Below, piece after piece: positions 11,115 through 24,317 of a stretch of DNA of 64,000 nucleotides (position 1 is the first letter of the stretch; each line of letters begins with the position of its first letter). Under the pieces are notes generated by a model. The model did not search any database, was not told the DNA's origin, and saw nothing but the letters and a program-made list of their open reading frames with translations. The stretch covers positions 62,001 through 126,000 of the forward strand of contig CBFFRQ010000076.1 in the NCBI GenBank assembly GCA_965644315.1. Direction: 5' to 3'. Both the position numbers and the translations under genes were made by a program. This DNA comes from Caecitellus pseudoparvulus (Eukaryota > Protista > Bigyra: Bicosoecida).

Positions 11115-13474
11115 ATGGCCTCTCTCACGCCGCAAGCGCAGCAGCTGTACCTCATCACGACCCTGCACAAGGATGGCCTGTTGACAGGTCGGGCAAAGGC
11201 CCTTTTGAAAGGTGTGTGCGGTCGACCTGTGTGCGGAATTGACGCCAGCGCGCAAGCGTTTTTCGGCAGCCGCTCCTCTACCCTTGCCGCAGGCCTCGTT
11301 CTGAAAGGGGACAGGGAGCTGGAGCAGGTCGTCACCAAGACGGCCATGTTGTCCTTTCAAGATTCTGCTGACGCACTTTTCAAACATGCAGGTCCGTGTG
11401 CCAGCCGAGCGCAGGGGCGTTCCGCGGCTGGCCTGCCGTTCGATGCCTGGCCAAGGCATGCGTCGTCATGCCAGCCACGCATGCTGCGCGGCACTGCCTC
11501 CCCCTGCTGCCTTGCACAGTTGGCGTGGCGCGTGGGCTGTTTGACAGCATCTACGAGGACGTGGGGCAGTCTGCGAGCGAGTTGGCGCGGGGGGCGCCGT
11601 CCTCGCCCACGGCCTCCTCGGCCTCTGGCGTGGTGGAAATGACATACGCGGAAATGGCATTCGAAGCCTTTGCAGAGGTCATGCGAGGCGTGCACCCGAC
11701 GCCAGGCAGTCGTTTTCTGGACCTGGGATCCGGCACTGGGCGCCAGGTCATGGCGGCTGCCCTGCTCTTTGACTTTGCGGGGTGTGTGGGCGTGGAGATG
11801 CACCACGCGCTGAACTCTGTGGCGCAGCAGCGGCCAGCCCGAGCCCAGGCAGCCGTGGCCCGCGCAGGGGGGCTGCCGGAGGACCTGCCCGACATGCACT
11901 TTATCGAGAATGACTTCATGCACATCTCGTGGCGGGACTACGACGTCGTGTTTGCCAACGCGACCGACTTCCCGCCCAGCATCCTGCAGGGCATTGCTGA
12001 CCAGTCGCGGGAGCTGCCGAAAGGCGCCTTGCTCATCACCTGTGGCCATGCCTTGACAGCAGGCCACCTGACGTGCATCTCCAGCAAGACGCTGCCCGCA
12101 GAGTGGGGCGGCATGCAAGTGCACGTGCACCAGCGTGCACTGGCGTCCCCACCAACAGGAGGCATTCCGCCGCCCCACCCTGATGGGGCTGTGCCTGTGG
12201 ATGGCGCCGTGCAGGCAAGCCAGGCCCCCGGTAACGCAGGGGGCTACCGTGTGCGTGTGCCTTCCTTCGCCAGCAACGACTCTGCAGGCTTGCACGACGT
12301 GGACCGGGAGGCGGTGGATGCGCTGGATGCCGCCCTGGCTGGCGTGCCCCTGGCCACACCCGCCCGGCCTGTCCCTGCAGGCAGCCACACGTCAGCGCGC
12401 CTGGAAGGCGACTACGGCGGGGCCTCCTCGCCCCAGGCAGACGCCCTGCTGGCAGCTCGGCGCAGTCGGGAGGCGGCTGCCCGCAGTAAGAGCTCCTCCT
12501 CACTGGCGCCCCCCCCCGCTCACACCAGCACTGCCCACACTCAAGAAGCCACGCGGTCGTACTTGAGCTCCCCTCGAGACCACCGTCTGCGCCAGGCAGC
12601 ACAGCTGCGTGGCGCGCATGCCCGTGGCGGGGCGCTGGCAGACCGCCAGACCTCCACTGGCTCGGACAGCAGCACAGCCTCGGGGCACTTTGTCCTGGGT
12701 GCAGTGCCTGACGGGGGTATCGCGGGGCGGGATGAATTGATCAGCTCGCCACAGGGCGTGGCGCTGCGCCGCGCGCGCAACGCAGCGAAACGCACAGGGC
12801 CCCTGGGCGGCGGTGCCCTGCGCACGCCCCCCAGTGGGCCCATGTCCCCCCTGCTCGGTTCGGGCCCAGCCCCCCTCGCAGAAGGCGCGTACGGGATCCC
12901 AGGCGCCGAGCTGCCATCCTCCCCCCAGGGGCGTGCTCTGCTGCAGGCCCGACCAGGCAAGCGCACGACGGGTCCGCTGGTGGATGAGACTCCGCCTTCA
13001 CCACACACTTCCCCTGGGCTGGGCCCCACTCTGGGCCCAGCTCGCTCTGCCTCCCGCGACGGTCAGGGCAGTGCGCTGAGTCGGCGGGCTCTCATCGCCT
13101 CCTCTGGCGTGAGGGGGGGTGGTGACGGGCAGTCAGGCTGGCCCTCCTCACGTGCCCTGGAAGACGGCAGCGCCTCCCCACAGGGCGACGCGCTGTTGAA
13201 GCGCAAGGCACGTGCGCCAGCCCCACGCGGGGAGGTGCACACGCCCACCCTGACTGGGCAGGCGGACCTGGACTTCGAAGTGGCCGGCTCGCCACGCACA
13301 GGCAGTGCTGGCAGCGGCAGCAGCGGCGGGCACTTTGCCCTGTCCCCTCCCGCTGCGGTGATGGCGCCACCGGCGCCCAGTGCGGGGGGTGGGCCCATCC
13401 GCCGCCACGCCTCCCTGCGCACCCGCACCTCCGACGCAGACCAGGCCTTTCTCAGCATGGAGGAGCTGGGGTGA
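11115..13474 (+). CDS. DOT1-like class I SAM-dependent methyltransferase with long disordered C-tail (~716 aa); join(11115..11211,11293..11391,11520..13474)
   Basis: TYAEM, FLDLGSGTGRQV (motif I), CVGVEM, FIENDF, DVVFANATDF and LPKGALLIT match the DOT1-type MTase core. Both phase-1 introns keep the frame. Confidence 0.75.
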
Positions 13475-13573
13475 CCCTGCTCGCGCAATGCAGTGCCGTG
13501 CGTCGGACAGCAGGTGCGTTCCCCGCAATACCACCACGTGGCAAACACGCAGACAATGCATTCCGCAGCAGGC

Positions 13574-14996
13574 TCACCTCCACACGTCCGAGGTGGGTGG
13601 CGGCCGGGCCAGGGCTCGCATGCCAGCCAGGAAGCTCTGCAAGGCAGGCTTGGCGGTGCCGTCCGGGTACAGCAGGCCCAGGGAGCACTCCCCCATGATG
13701 TACTGTTTGCGCTCCATGCCTGTCAGCTGCTTTTGGGAGGCGAGGTACTCACACACAGGCACGGTGCGGTCCACGAACTGGGCGCCGCCGAGGAAACGCA
13801 CGCGGCCCTTGAACCGGGCTGCTGCGTTTCGCATGGCTGCCCAGAAGTTGTCCATGAACTCCGCTTGGGCAGCCTCGCCATCTGAGAAGCCGGCTGTGCT
13901 GCTGAGGGGCCCTGCGCCAAAGGCTGTGCTGGAGAGGAGGGGCGCGGCGGAGGGGAAGGAGAAGCTCTGGATGGCCAGGCACATGTCCTTGGGCAGGATG
14001 GTGGTCATCATGGCCGCCACGTCGAACATGGGGGCTGCCACGACGTCCTGCCCCACACCCTCCATGCCCATGGCGGGTGAGTAGGAGAGGGGCGTCACGC
14101 TGCTGGCGTCGAAGAGCGCTTGCAGCCAGGGAGCAGAGGCCTCTGACGCGGCCTGCGCGCCAGGGAAGGTGAGGGTGACCCCCACAGACATGTCTGGCGT
14201 GGTGATGTTGGTGATGTAGGACCGCGCCTGAGCCACGAAGCGTGCAAAGGAGGCATCACTGCCGGGGGAACGCAGCAGACCCACGTCCACATCTGCGCCG
14301 ACGTTGAGGTGGAACGCGCCGTAGTACCCTGCCAGCGGCATGACCACCTTCAGCATGTTGAAGTACCGCCGCTGCAAGAGGGGCGAGTCCCACGTCAAGC
14401 CGCTGCGCAGGCGTGTGGGATCCTCCGAGTCTGCCAGGTCGCGTGGAACGGACACAATGGCGCCCTCCAAGACGTGGATGCCCAGCATGGGGCGGTACCC
14501 CACCCGGTGCAGTGTCTGCATGATGTCTGCCACGTACGACGTGTTGATCTCGCCCGGGAAGGCTTCGATCTGCACAGGATGCAGGAGGAAGGCGGGCCGT
14601 GAAACGCCGGCGTGCCAGGCGCTCCGCCTCTGCCCAGCGGCCCCTGGCGCCCACGCACCTGGCTCCAAGACAGCCCTACATGCCAAGTGTCAACTGCACG
14701 AAGGAACGGGGCGTGTGTGTGCAGGGGATGCGCGCGCGCGTTCGCAGTGGAGCTTGCGCTTCGCGGGGCGTTTCGCACTCACTGGTGCCTGCTTGCAGCA
14801 CGTCGCTCCAGCTGGAGCGGGCCAGGTGCACGGCCGACGCGTTCTGGGGATCGCTGTACCCAATACTGATGTGCACGCCCTCGCTGAGCAGCGGGAAGCA
14901 GCCAATGCCGCCAGCTTCCCCAGACGCTGTGTGGATGTGGCCCACCACCACAACCAGACACGCCAGCAGCGCGAAGCCGGTGCTGTGCGACACCAT
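13574..14996 (-). CDS. Secreted clan-A glycoside hydrolase-like TIM-barrel protein, probably catalytically inactive (~414 aa); complement(join(13574..14569,14659..14693,14783..14996))
   Basis: Signal peptide MVSHSTGFALLACLVVVVG. Spliced LSWSQ-IEAFPGEIN, VGVTLTF, QAEFM and LGLLYPDGTAKPA are typical of clan-A GH barrels. Confidence 0.7.
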
Positions 14997-15499
14997 CCAC
15001 TCCTTCCTCTGCACGGGCCGGTTCACTCTCGCAGGGGGGGAAGGGGGAGGACTGTAGATTAAGTTCGTGACGCTAGCTCCACAATCGTGTGTGTAAAGAC
15101 TCAGTGTTTGGGTTTGGCCCGTCTTCACCTGTGTTTCCCGTCCGCCTCCGTGCATTGCTCGGCATCTGGCCTACCACAGCAAAACCCACAGACGTGCTTG
15201 AAGAACGTGAAATGCAGGCGTAAAGAAGCAACAGCAGTGCCAGAAGATCGCAGCCGCTTCCCCACTTCTGCTCCTTCCCAGCCCCGCCTGCAACGTTGCC
15301 GCAAGCATGTCAAGGTAAGGCAAGCGTTTCAACGGTGAAACTCCAGCACACGTCCTGTGCCCGCTGAGCCCGCTGCGCTTTGCTGCTGGCACTCAGGGCT
15401 GCAGTGTGGAGTCCATGTGCATGCTGCTGCGGTGTGGTGGGCGTGGGCTGCACACCTGTTGCCGAGAGCCAAGCACCCGGCACCTGCTGCCTTCACAGC

Positions 15500-16139
15500 A
15501 TGGACGCAAGCTTCAAGTCCACAATGAGCTCAACGGGCGCTGCCAAAGGGCCGGGTGTGAAGCGCACGGTGGACAGGCTGGAACACAGCGTCATGCAGCA
15601 GGCCGAGGTGATCGCCCGGCACGAGAAGGAGATTTTGCAGGTGAGCAGGCAAGGCACCGCGCCACCGCCAACACGCCAGTTCGCGCAACTGCAGCACGCC
15701 AGCGCCAGCGCGTTTCACGCCGGCAAGCTTTTGAACCGAATGATGCTCATGCTTTCGGCGTATCGCTGAGTCTGCCATGTGTGGCAGGCTGTGCGGCCAC
15801 GCCCGAGGAGCCGGGTGCGCTGCGGAGTCACAGTGAGCGGCGCGGCTTTTGCAGACTGGCGAGGACGCCGTGGAGCTCGTGCGAGGGCTGGAGGCGCGGA
15901 TGAAGGCGGCGATTCAGGACTTGCGCACAGAGTTCTTGCAGAAGCTCAGCGTCGTGACGAACGAGATCACCCAGATGCAGAAACAGATCAACGTGCAGAA
16001 GGGGGAAGGCAACATCCTGGCGCAGCAGAACAAGGAGGCCAACCGGCGCATCTTGGAGGTGGCAGAGCAAGTGCAGGAGCTGTCCCTGGAGCTGCTGGGG
16101 GACCCTGTGGGGGCTGCAGGCGCCGCACACGCGCCGTGA
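15500..16139 (+). CDS. Small coiled-coil protein (~141 aa); join(15500..15640,15855..16139)
   Basis: ATG at 15500; intron GTGAGC...TTTGCAG is phase 0. Heptad-rich E/Q/K/L sequence with strong coding-like codon usage. Confidence 0.7.
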
Positions 16140-16287
16140 AGTGGTCGCGGGGCAACCAATTGATGTAGCATGTCGCAGTCACACCGCCACCCACCCTTGC
16201 CGCCTACACGCATGGTGCATTGCCAAAGCCTACACAAGCACGTGTCATGCGGGCTACTGCCGTCACATGCAACAGGTCAGACGCTCT

Positions 16288-17978
16288 TCAGCCCTGGGCA
16301 GCCGCCGACACGCCGCCACTTGCGCCAGCGGGAGCGCCCTCCACCTGCACATCCGCCTCCTCCTCCTCACTGGCGGCCGCCTCCGCTTGCACTTTGGACT
16401 TCTTGTACGCTGCGATGGCCTCCGGCGTGGGCTTGGGGGCCGCGGGCAGGGCCACCAGCACCACGCTCATGTTGTCGCGGCTGCCCAGGCGGAGGCACTC
16501 CCGCACCAGGCAGTCAGCCAGCTCGCCCAGGTTGTCCACACCTGCCGCCACACGCTCCTGCAGGAAGGCGCCCACCTCGTCGTTCTCCATGACGTCCCAG
16601 ATGCCGTCGCAGGCCAGCACGAGGAACTGGTCCGTCGCTGCGTCGCGCTTGTGCACTGTGAACTCGGGCTCGGGGGACACCTGCTGCTTCTCTTGTGGCA
16701 GGGTGCGGGAGTGCTTGTAGACGTAGTCACCGAGGGCGCGTGAGACGGCCAGGTCCCCGTTCACGCGGCGCATGGTGACGGTGCCGCCTGCCTCTGTGAT
16801 GCGCTTGGCCTCGCCCTCCTGCGTTGGCAAGACAGTGAGGCGTGGGAGGTGGCGGCGGCGGCAGGGGGCAGAGGGCGCGCACGCACGTTGTAGGGCTTGT
16901 GGTCGAAACTGAGGGGCTTCACGCCGTTGGACGCCACGAGGATGGCCCGGGAGTCGCCGCAGTTGCCCGTCACGATGTGTGTGGGGGTGACGAACGCCGT
17001 GATGGCTGTGCTGCCGGAGTGGTCGTCGCCGCGCTGGATGGCGTCCATCTTCCGCATCTCTGCGTCGCACTCCAAGAAACCCTTCCGCATGGCTGCCTGC
17101 AGAGCCTCTGGCTCCTGCACGTCGCGGGGAGGGCGTGCGTGGTGCGGCGCGAGTGGTTGAGGCAGCGGGTCGCCTGCGTTTCGCGGCGCAATGAAACGCC
17201 CACGCAGTGCGGCACTGCACGCACCGTGCTGGACAGGTCGATCTTGCCAAGGAGTCGCTTGGCGCTGCGAGAGGCGGCATGGGGGGCGCGGGTGCAGCTG
17301 GGCCTTTCTCGCGTTGTGCTGCCGTGCGCGGGGTCGTGGCGCCAGTGCAGGGACGCCTTGCGCCGGGAATTGCGCAGGTCTGCTGGACAAGTACACGTGT
17401 GACCAGAAACACCGCGGTCGCCCGCCGCGGCCGCGACTGACGCCACGCAGGAGCAGGCAAGTCGTGGACAAAGCCAGAGCATGTCATGCAGCGGCGGGGC
17501 GCCGCGCCTGCCGCCGCGTTCTTGCGAGGCGGGTTCGGCAGCGGACAGCGGGAATGCTCAAAAGCCGCACAGGCGGCACACTGGCCACAGAGGGCAGCGC
17601 ACTCACGCTTCGTTGGAAATGAGGCTGCCGCCATGCCCGTCGAAGACTCCGAACCACGAGACGTCGTCGTGGCCTGGCACGCCCAGCTGCATGACGTGGG
17701 CATCCTGAGGCACGGAGCGGAGCATTGGGCGTGATGCTCAGGGAGCTGCTGCCGCCAAGGCTGTGCACGGTGCGCGGAACAGCTCCCCCGCTCACCTCCT
17801 GCGTCACTCGCCAGCCCTGCATGGACACCAGAGCGCATGTCAAGTCCTTGCCCTCCATCACCTCTGGGTTCGTCTCTGTGCGAGGCTGTGCGAGAGAGCG
17901 AGGCAGGGAAGTGCACCACCGCATGTGCTTCAGCTGGCGTGGCCGCCCGGCACGCACCTTATCTAGGAAAGACCCCAT
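16288..17978 (-). CDS. Protein phosphatase 2C (PPM1A/B-like), multi-exon
   Basis: MGSFLDK (probable myristoylation start), SMQGWR, (E)DAH, GVFDGHGG, SGSTA, NCGDSR, DHKP, RVNGDLAVSRALGD, LACDGIWD and GSRDN are spread over exons separated by short GT-AG introns. Confidence 0.95.
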
Positions 17979-18287
17979 TGTGGAATACCTTGGCTGTGAC
18001 CACGCTGGCTGGGTGTAGGGCTCGACTTGGCGTGAGCGTGCTGGGCGAAGACTCCCTGCACAGTTTCGCCGCTCGTGAAACGCCGGCGCGAAAAGCGGAG
18101 TGGCCTTCGATTTGTCGGAGGGCGGCAGTGCACCAGAGTGAAGAAGGCGTGGCTCAGCGCAGGCAATTTGAAATGCATTCCCGCAAGGTGTGCACACTGC
18201 CCTGCCTTGCTGGCCTGCGTGGTGCCAGAAAGGGGCAGCTTGCCCCCCCTGCAACGCCACCCGCTGGCGCAGACACTCACACCCACC

Positions 18288-21200
18288 TCACACCCACGAC
18301 ACACGCTTGCCCTTGGACGCCTTGGCGGGGCTGGACGTGGGGGTGTCAGAGGGACTGGCGCCCCCCCCTGCCAGGGGACTGGCACCCCCCCCTGCCACCT
18401 TCTCTTCCCCTCGGATGGTCAGCACCGTTTCTGCCAACGAACCCAGCACTGGCGCCAACGCTACTCCAGCCGCAGAGCTGCGCACCTTGCTCAGGCGCTG
18501 TGTGCTGGCAGTGCTCTGTGCGCGCACGCGCGTCGTGCGCAGGAGACCCTCCGTCAGCGACGAGCGAGCCTTGCTGCCGCGTTTCAAGGTCGCCGCGGCA
18601 GAGCCACGAGCGGCCTTGGGCGCGCCTGACCCGTGCGCGAGCTTGGCACGCACATCGTCCCCAATAGCGCCCTTCAACGGCGCCCCTCGCACTCCCCTGG
18701 ACACCTCCACATCCACAATGCCCTTTGGCGCCTGCACCTCCGACGGCACTGGTGCGGTGGCAGGGCCTGCACTTGTGACTCGGTCCGGCACGCGGTCCGC
18801 CGAGTCAGACCGCGGGCCGCGAGTCAGCAGGGCCTGTGTGCGCAGAATGCTCTTACGGATGCCCTTCCCACCGCCCTTCTTCCCGCCACCGCCGGAGGGG
18901 GCGCGGTACCGCCCCACCTCCGCCTTGCGAGCTGCATCTGCTGCAGCGGCAGCTTCAGCGGCGGCAGCCTGGGCTGGCGTCTGCCCACTTGGGCGGGAAG
19001 GCGGAGGAGGGGGGCGCTTCTTGCCCCCGTCTCCACTGGAGCGGTGGGGGGGGCTGGCTGTCGCTGGTGGGGGGGGGGATGCCGCCGCTGGGCGGGGGGG
19101 TGCTGCAGGGGGCTTGCGGCCATTGGACGAGTCACCAGTGCCCTTGCCCCCACCGTCCACTCCACGCCCCTCCACCACCTCCTCCTCCTCCTCTCCCACC
19201 GCTGTGAGCGTGGTGGCGAGGGGACCAGAGGCTGACCCCTGGCCACCCCCCGCTGTGAGGGATGCCAACTTGGCGTTGGACACCGACTCCATGCGGCCGC
19301 GCTGGGCCAGGGAAGGCGCCTTGCTCGCGTGGGGGCGGGGCAGGCTGGGCGCAGGCTCCTCTGCCACGTGTGCCAGGGTGGCCCCCGTGACGCCAGCCGG
19401 CACGGCGGGGGCTGTGGACAGCTTGGCATTGGAGACGGACTCCATGCGACCGCGTTCAGCGGCCTTGGAGACGAGGGGCGGCGTGGTGGGCCCACCTGTC
19501 GGGGCAGGGGAGGGCGTTTCTTCCGGTGACTCATCGTCGTCGTACGCCGGCGCCAGGGCGGGGGGTGGCCCCAGGTCCACGTCTTCCAGCCCCTCCCGTG
19601 GGCTGGGCGTGGTCAGTGTGGCCGTGCTGTCGTCGTCTGACGAGTCACCGCCGCCAGCACTGTCCCTGTGGGAGCTGTGAGTGGAGGGCACAGACACGGT
19701 GGCCAGCGTGGACTGCATGGCGCTGGGCTGCGGCAGGCGGGCGGTGGACACGGAGGCCATGCGGCCGCCCCGCCCAGGAGCAGACACGGGCGCAGGGGCG
19801 CTAGGACTCTTCCCCGTGGCCACGGCAGCAGTGGCCGGAGTCACGCCAGATGCCGCCACCACAGGGGGCACTGCCTCTGGCTCAGGGGAGGCGTCGGGTG
19901 GGGGGGGGCGTGTGGGGGGGGTCGTACCCCCCTCCGGTCCCCCCCCCACCCGCAGAGGCTGCATCAACGCATCTGCAATGGCGGCAGCAGACACCTCCGC
20001 TGACATGACTGCCTCTAGGTCCTTGGCGGTGTTCTGTCGCTGAAAGCGCCGGGCTGGCGCGGCGGGGGGGGCTGCAGGGGGGGTCACCTCCGTCCTGGGG
20101 GGGGGTGACGGCGGTGTCCCTGGGCTCCCACCCCCCTTGCTCTTCTTGGCACCCCCCTTGCCCTTGGTGCTGCGCAGGACCTTGCGCCCGTCAGCGACGC
20201 TGGCCATGACGTCCTTCCACGCGCTCTGCAGCTGTTTGGGGTCGTGCTTGATGCGGCGCCGCTCCGCCTGGGCCTGGTGACGCGCCACGGAGTCCATGCG
20301 CGCAGTGTGAGACGCGCGCCCTGCGGCAGCTGAGCGGAACATGGCGTCCATCCACTGGTCGAACAGCTCGTCCTTCAGCTCGGTCAGGCCTGAGATGAAG
20401 GCTGCGTACGTCAGCTGGCTCTGCTGGCTCTGGTCCAGGCGCTGGAAGAGGGCTAGCTGCGCCTGCAGGTCCTTGGTGAGGCGGTTGTCACTGGGCCCCC
20501 GACGCAGGAAGCGCTGGAATTCACTGGGCTGCACGACGTCCTTGCCCGGCGCCATCATGCGCCACATAGCCGCCAGACGCAGCTTGCGCCGGCGCAGCCG
20601 AGACCGCAACTGCATGGCCTGCACGGCTGCCTGGGCCTTCAGAGCGTTCAGCTCCTCCTCAGTCATGGAGGCGGGGTTCGCCTCCGCCTCTGCCAGGCGG
20701 ATGAGGACGGCCTGCATCCAGTCCAGGAACACGGGGTCCCGTGTTCCGTCAAAGGCAGCCAGGAACTCCACCTGACTCAGCACGCCGTCCCCATCCACGT
20801 CCGCGTGCTGAAACAGGCGCATCTGGTCTCGGGAGCTCAGGATGACCTTGGGCTTCTGCCCCTTGGAGCCCTTGTTGTCCAGGGCCAGCAGGTTCACGCC
20901 CCGCTTCCCCCGGCCAGACAGGCCCGGCTGCATGCCGGTCATGTGGGCATGGCTGCGGCTGCCGATGGTGCGCTTGCCACGGCCCGCCCGCGTGAACTCC
21001 GTCACGGACAGCTCCCCGTCCCCGTCCGCGTCAATCCACTTGAAGAGGCGGGACAGGTTCCCCACAGTGGGCTGCCGCATGGAACTGCGCCAGGCCAGGT
21101 GTCGGCGTGCCGCCGCCTCGCGGCGTGCCAACCACCCCCGCCCCAGGCGCTGCATGACCACCACTGCCGCGGCACGCTTGGCTCGCACACGGGCCTCGTA

Positions 21201-24200
21201 CTTGGCCTGGATGCGCTGGCGCGCCGCCTCTGCGTCACGGCGCGCTTTCGCTTCCGCGGCAGCCGCTGCCTCCGCCTTCGCAGCGGCCTCCGCCGCCGCT
21301 CGCAACTCTGCCCGCTGGGCCAACAGTGCACGAGCACTGCGCTGCAGCTTCACCGCTGCCGCCTTGACGCGCTGCACAGAGACGCCCTCGGTGGCGTACG
21401 TGGCCAGGGTGGTGCTGATGACGTCCACCTTCGCGTCTGAGGAGGGCGCCGCCTTGCCCAGCATGGACCGCCGACGGGGGGGAGGGGGGGGACGCCGCCC
21501 CCCCAGGTCCACCCGGGACACCACGATGGACTGCCCCACGCCCTCCTCCTCCTCGTCACTGCCCTCTTCCTCCCACGACGGCGTGCCGCCGTCCCCGCTG
21601 GAGTTGCCGGGGCCCAAGTGTGGCGTGGGCGGCAGGTCGGCCTCCGACACCAGGTCGCTGTCCAGACGACCTCGCACGGGGCTGCCCGGCGGCAGGGGGG
21701 GCGATACGCTGCTGCTAATGCTGCCATCGCCCCGGCCCAGCCCCGCGAAGTCCAGCACCTCCATGGTCGCGACACGCCGCCGGCCCTGCGCCGTCGCCCG
21801 CTCCTCCAGCGCGTCAAAGTCGATGCTGGTCACGCTCGCTGTGCGACCTGCCCTGCCCCGCGCGCCGCCTGCCTGGCGCAGCTTGTCCACGTACTGCCCG
21901 TGGCGGTCGATGCGGTCGCTGGTCTCGGCCAGGCGTTTGCGTTCCGTCTTGAGCCGCTCTGCATCTCGAGCTGCCTCCGACTCCAACGCCAACTGCTCAC
22001 GCCGGGCGCGTGCCTCGGCCAGGTGGGCCTGGTGCTTGGCTGCGTCCGCGCCCCGGCCAGCGGCGCGCTTGGCCGCCTTGGCTGCGACAAAGCGCGCCGT
22101 CGCACGGCGCACGGCGTGGGCTCGCCACAGCGCCCCCAGCTTCGTCGCGGCGCGCTTGCGGGCCATGTCTTGCCGCACGGCCAGGATGGCTGGGCCCACC
22201 TGGTCCGCCAGCAGACTGCGCACGTTGTACCCTCGGAAGAGAGCCTGGATGGCCACGACACCCTTACGCACCTGGGGCGTGACGGCGACGTACCGAGCGC
22301 CGTCACCAGTGCCTTGGCGGAACATGCGGCAGCCGGTGTTCGGGCACAGCATGTCCGTCCAGCCAGCAGGGGGCTCATCCTCCCCAGCACCGAACTCCAT
22401 GCCAGCAGGGTCGTCCCACAGCACTGCGATGCGGGCCTGGGCGGCGGCGACAGTGGCATCGGGCACATCCATGTCGTACACAGACGCGTCGCCCCACGCG
22501 TGAGCAGGCACACTGGACCCGACCAGGGGCCCTGCAGGCCGCCTGGGGCCAGCCTTGGACCCACCTGGCCCGGACCCCAGCCCAGCCTGTGCGGCCGCCG
22601 CCTCCATCCGACTGCGGTGCACCGCGTCCGCCATGGTGTCTGGGCGGTCCGAGCCAGGCGGCGCAGCGCCCAGGTCTGTCAGCCAGTCCCGCCGGTGGGC
22701 AGCTGCTGTGTCCTCCGCCACGCGCTTGGGGTGTGTGGCCAGGTAGTCCGCTGAGAACTCGGGGTGGTGGGCCATGGACTGCGGGCCCTGCGGCAGGGGC
22801 GGCAGGGCAGAGGAGGGCAGAGCTGCCATGGCCGTGGCCAGTGCCGGGTCACCCCGCCCGCCCCGCGCCTGCACCCACTCCTCCCCCGTCCCCTTGTCCA
22901 CCAGTGTCGCGTGGAGGTCTGCCAACCACTCCCTGTGCCGCGGCGTGGCCGTCGGTTGGAAGTGCTCGCCTGTCGCCGCCAGAGTCGCGGCGTGGTCAGA
23001 CAGCGCCTGCCCAGTGGCTGGCAGGTGAGGCGAGGCGCCTGCCGACCGGGCCATGGCTGGCGGGGACATGGGCAGGCTTGACGACATGAAGTGCAGCAAG
23101 GCCGGGTCGTGCTCGGGGTAGTACTGCGTCGGCTGCATGCCGGGCAGGGGGGGCGGCGCCAGTCGTGTCGGCGCCTCGTCGTCCAGGTGGTTCACACAGC
23201 TGACAGCCAGAGACGCCCGAGTGGACTGCTGCCGCCGCTGAGGGGAGTTGGCGGCGGCAGCGGGCCCTGCCACCGTCGGACTGGCCTGGCGTCGTGCCGA
23301 CGCAGGGCGGGGCTGCAGAGAAGGCGGCAGCGTGGAGTCCCGCAAGTCCGCAAAGGCCGCCTCCTTGTCCACCTTGCGCTCCAGGGGGCTCGTGTGCAGC
23401 GCCGTGGAGGAGGTGCCGATCAGCGGGTACCGGCCAGTCGTGCCCAGAGCGTCAGAGGCGGGCAGCCACTCGCCGCCCTCGGGGTCACCGCCGCCCCCCA
23501 CAAGCGCCTTGGCTCGCGCGAAGAGGTCGTCATCGCTGGAGGCAGGTGGCGCTCCAGGGGGCGGCGGGGGGGGTGGCTGTGTGCCCCCCTGGCTCGACCG
23601 TGCACTGCTCGGGCTGCCAAGGCCACCCCGCCCATGGCCAGGCTGGCGGGCAGCTGGCGAGCCAGGCGGCGCCGGTACGGCAGAAGAACGGCCCGAGCCG
23701 TGCAAGGCGCGCCATTCAGCCAGAGTCCGGGGCGCGTCGGGGTCCCAACCTCTGCATGGGGGCAGGCGGCGCGAACGTGCAGTGCACTGCAGCACTTGAC
23801 GTCGCTGTGCGGCGGCGCACGGCGCCGGTACTGCCAGGTGCACTCACAGACTGGCGATACGCTCTTCCACCTGGCTGGCATACTGCCGCAACACATTGGC
23901 ATTGCGGGCGTCAGCGTCTCCCTGAGAAAAAGGCACCCTGGCCACTGCCTTGCCTTCGCCTTCGCTGGAGCTTGAGGCAGGTGAGGCACCCTGCGCACCG
24001 CCCGACCGCGCGTCACTGCGCTGAGGAAAGTCGAGGAAGACGCTGTGGCCCTCCTCTCCGCCTTCCGCGTAGAAGCGGTGGCTCGCGTGCTGTGGCAGCA
24101 CCAGCGCCGACGCGCCTGACGCCAGCTGCTTGTGCTTTGCCAAGCGTTTCGCACGAGACGCTTCATACAGCGCCTGCGCCGAGGAGGGCTCTGGCGCGCC

Positions 24201-24317
24201 CTCCTGCGTCTCCTGCCCATCTGCCCGGCGATACGACCCACTCTTGACGTTGTAGTAGCCCTCCCGGCTCAGCTTCACCCAAGCCTGGGACTCGCGCCGC
24301 GTGTAGTCCAGAGACAT
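18288..24317 (-). CDS. Giant IQ-motif and EF-hand protein (~1977 aa); complement(join(18288..23751,23848..24317))
   Basis: IQ-like motifs AIQALFRGYNVR, TKLGALWRAHAVR, KLQRSARALLAQR and VMQRLGRGWLAR. EF-hands DADGDGELSVTEF and DVDGDGVLSQVEF plus a degenerate second pair. Intron 23752..23847 (GTGAGT...GCAG) keeps the frame. Confidence 0.85.

Noticed and set aside
18350-18397. 24-bp tandem duplication (AGGGASPL x2)
   Set aside because: Trivial two-copy slippage in a disordered tail.
20842-22503. 553-aa plus-strand ORF and many similar long antisense ORFs across the window
   Set aside because: They overlap motif-supported genes on the opposite strand, which is expected in high-GC coding DNA.
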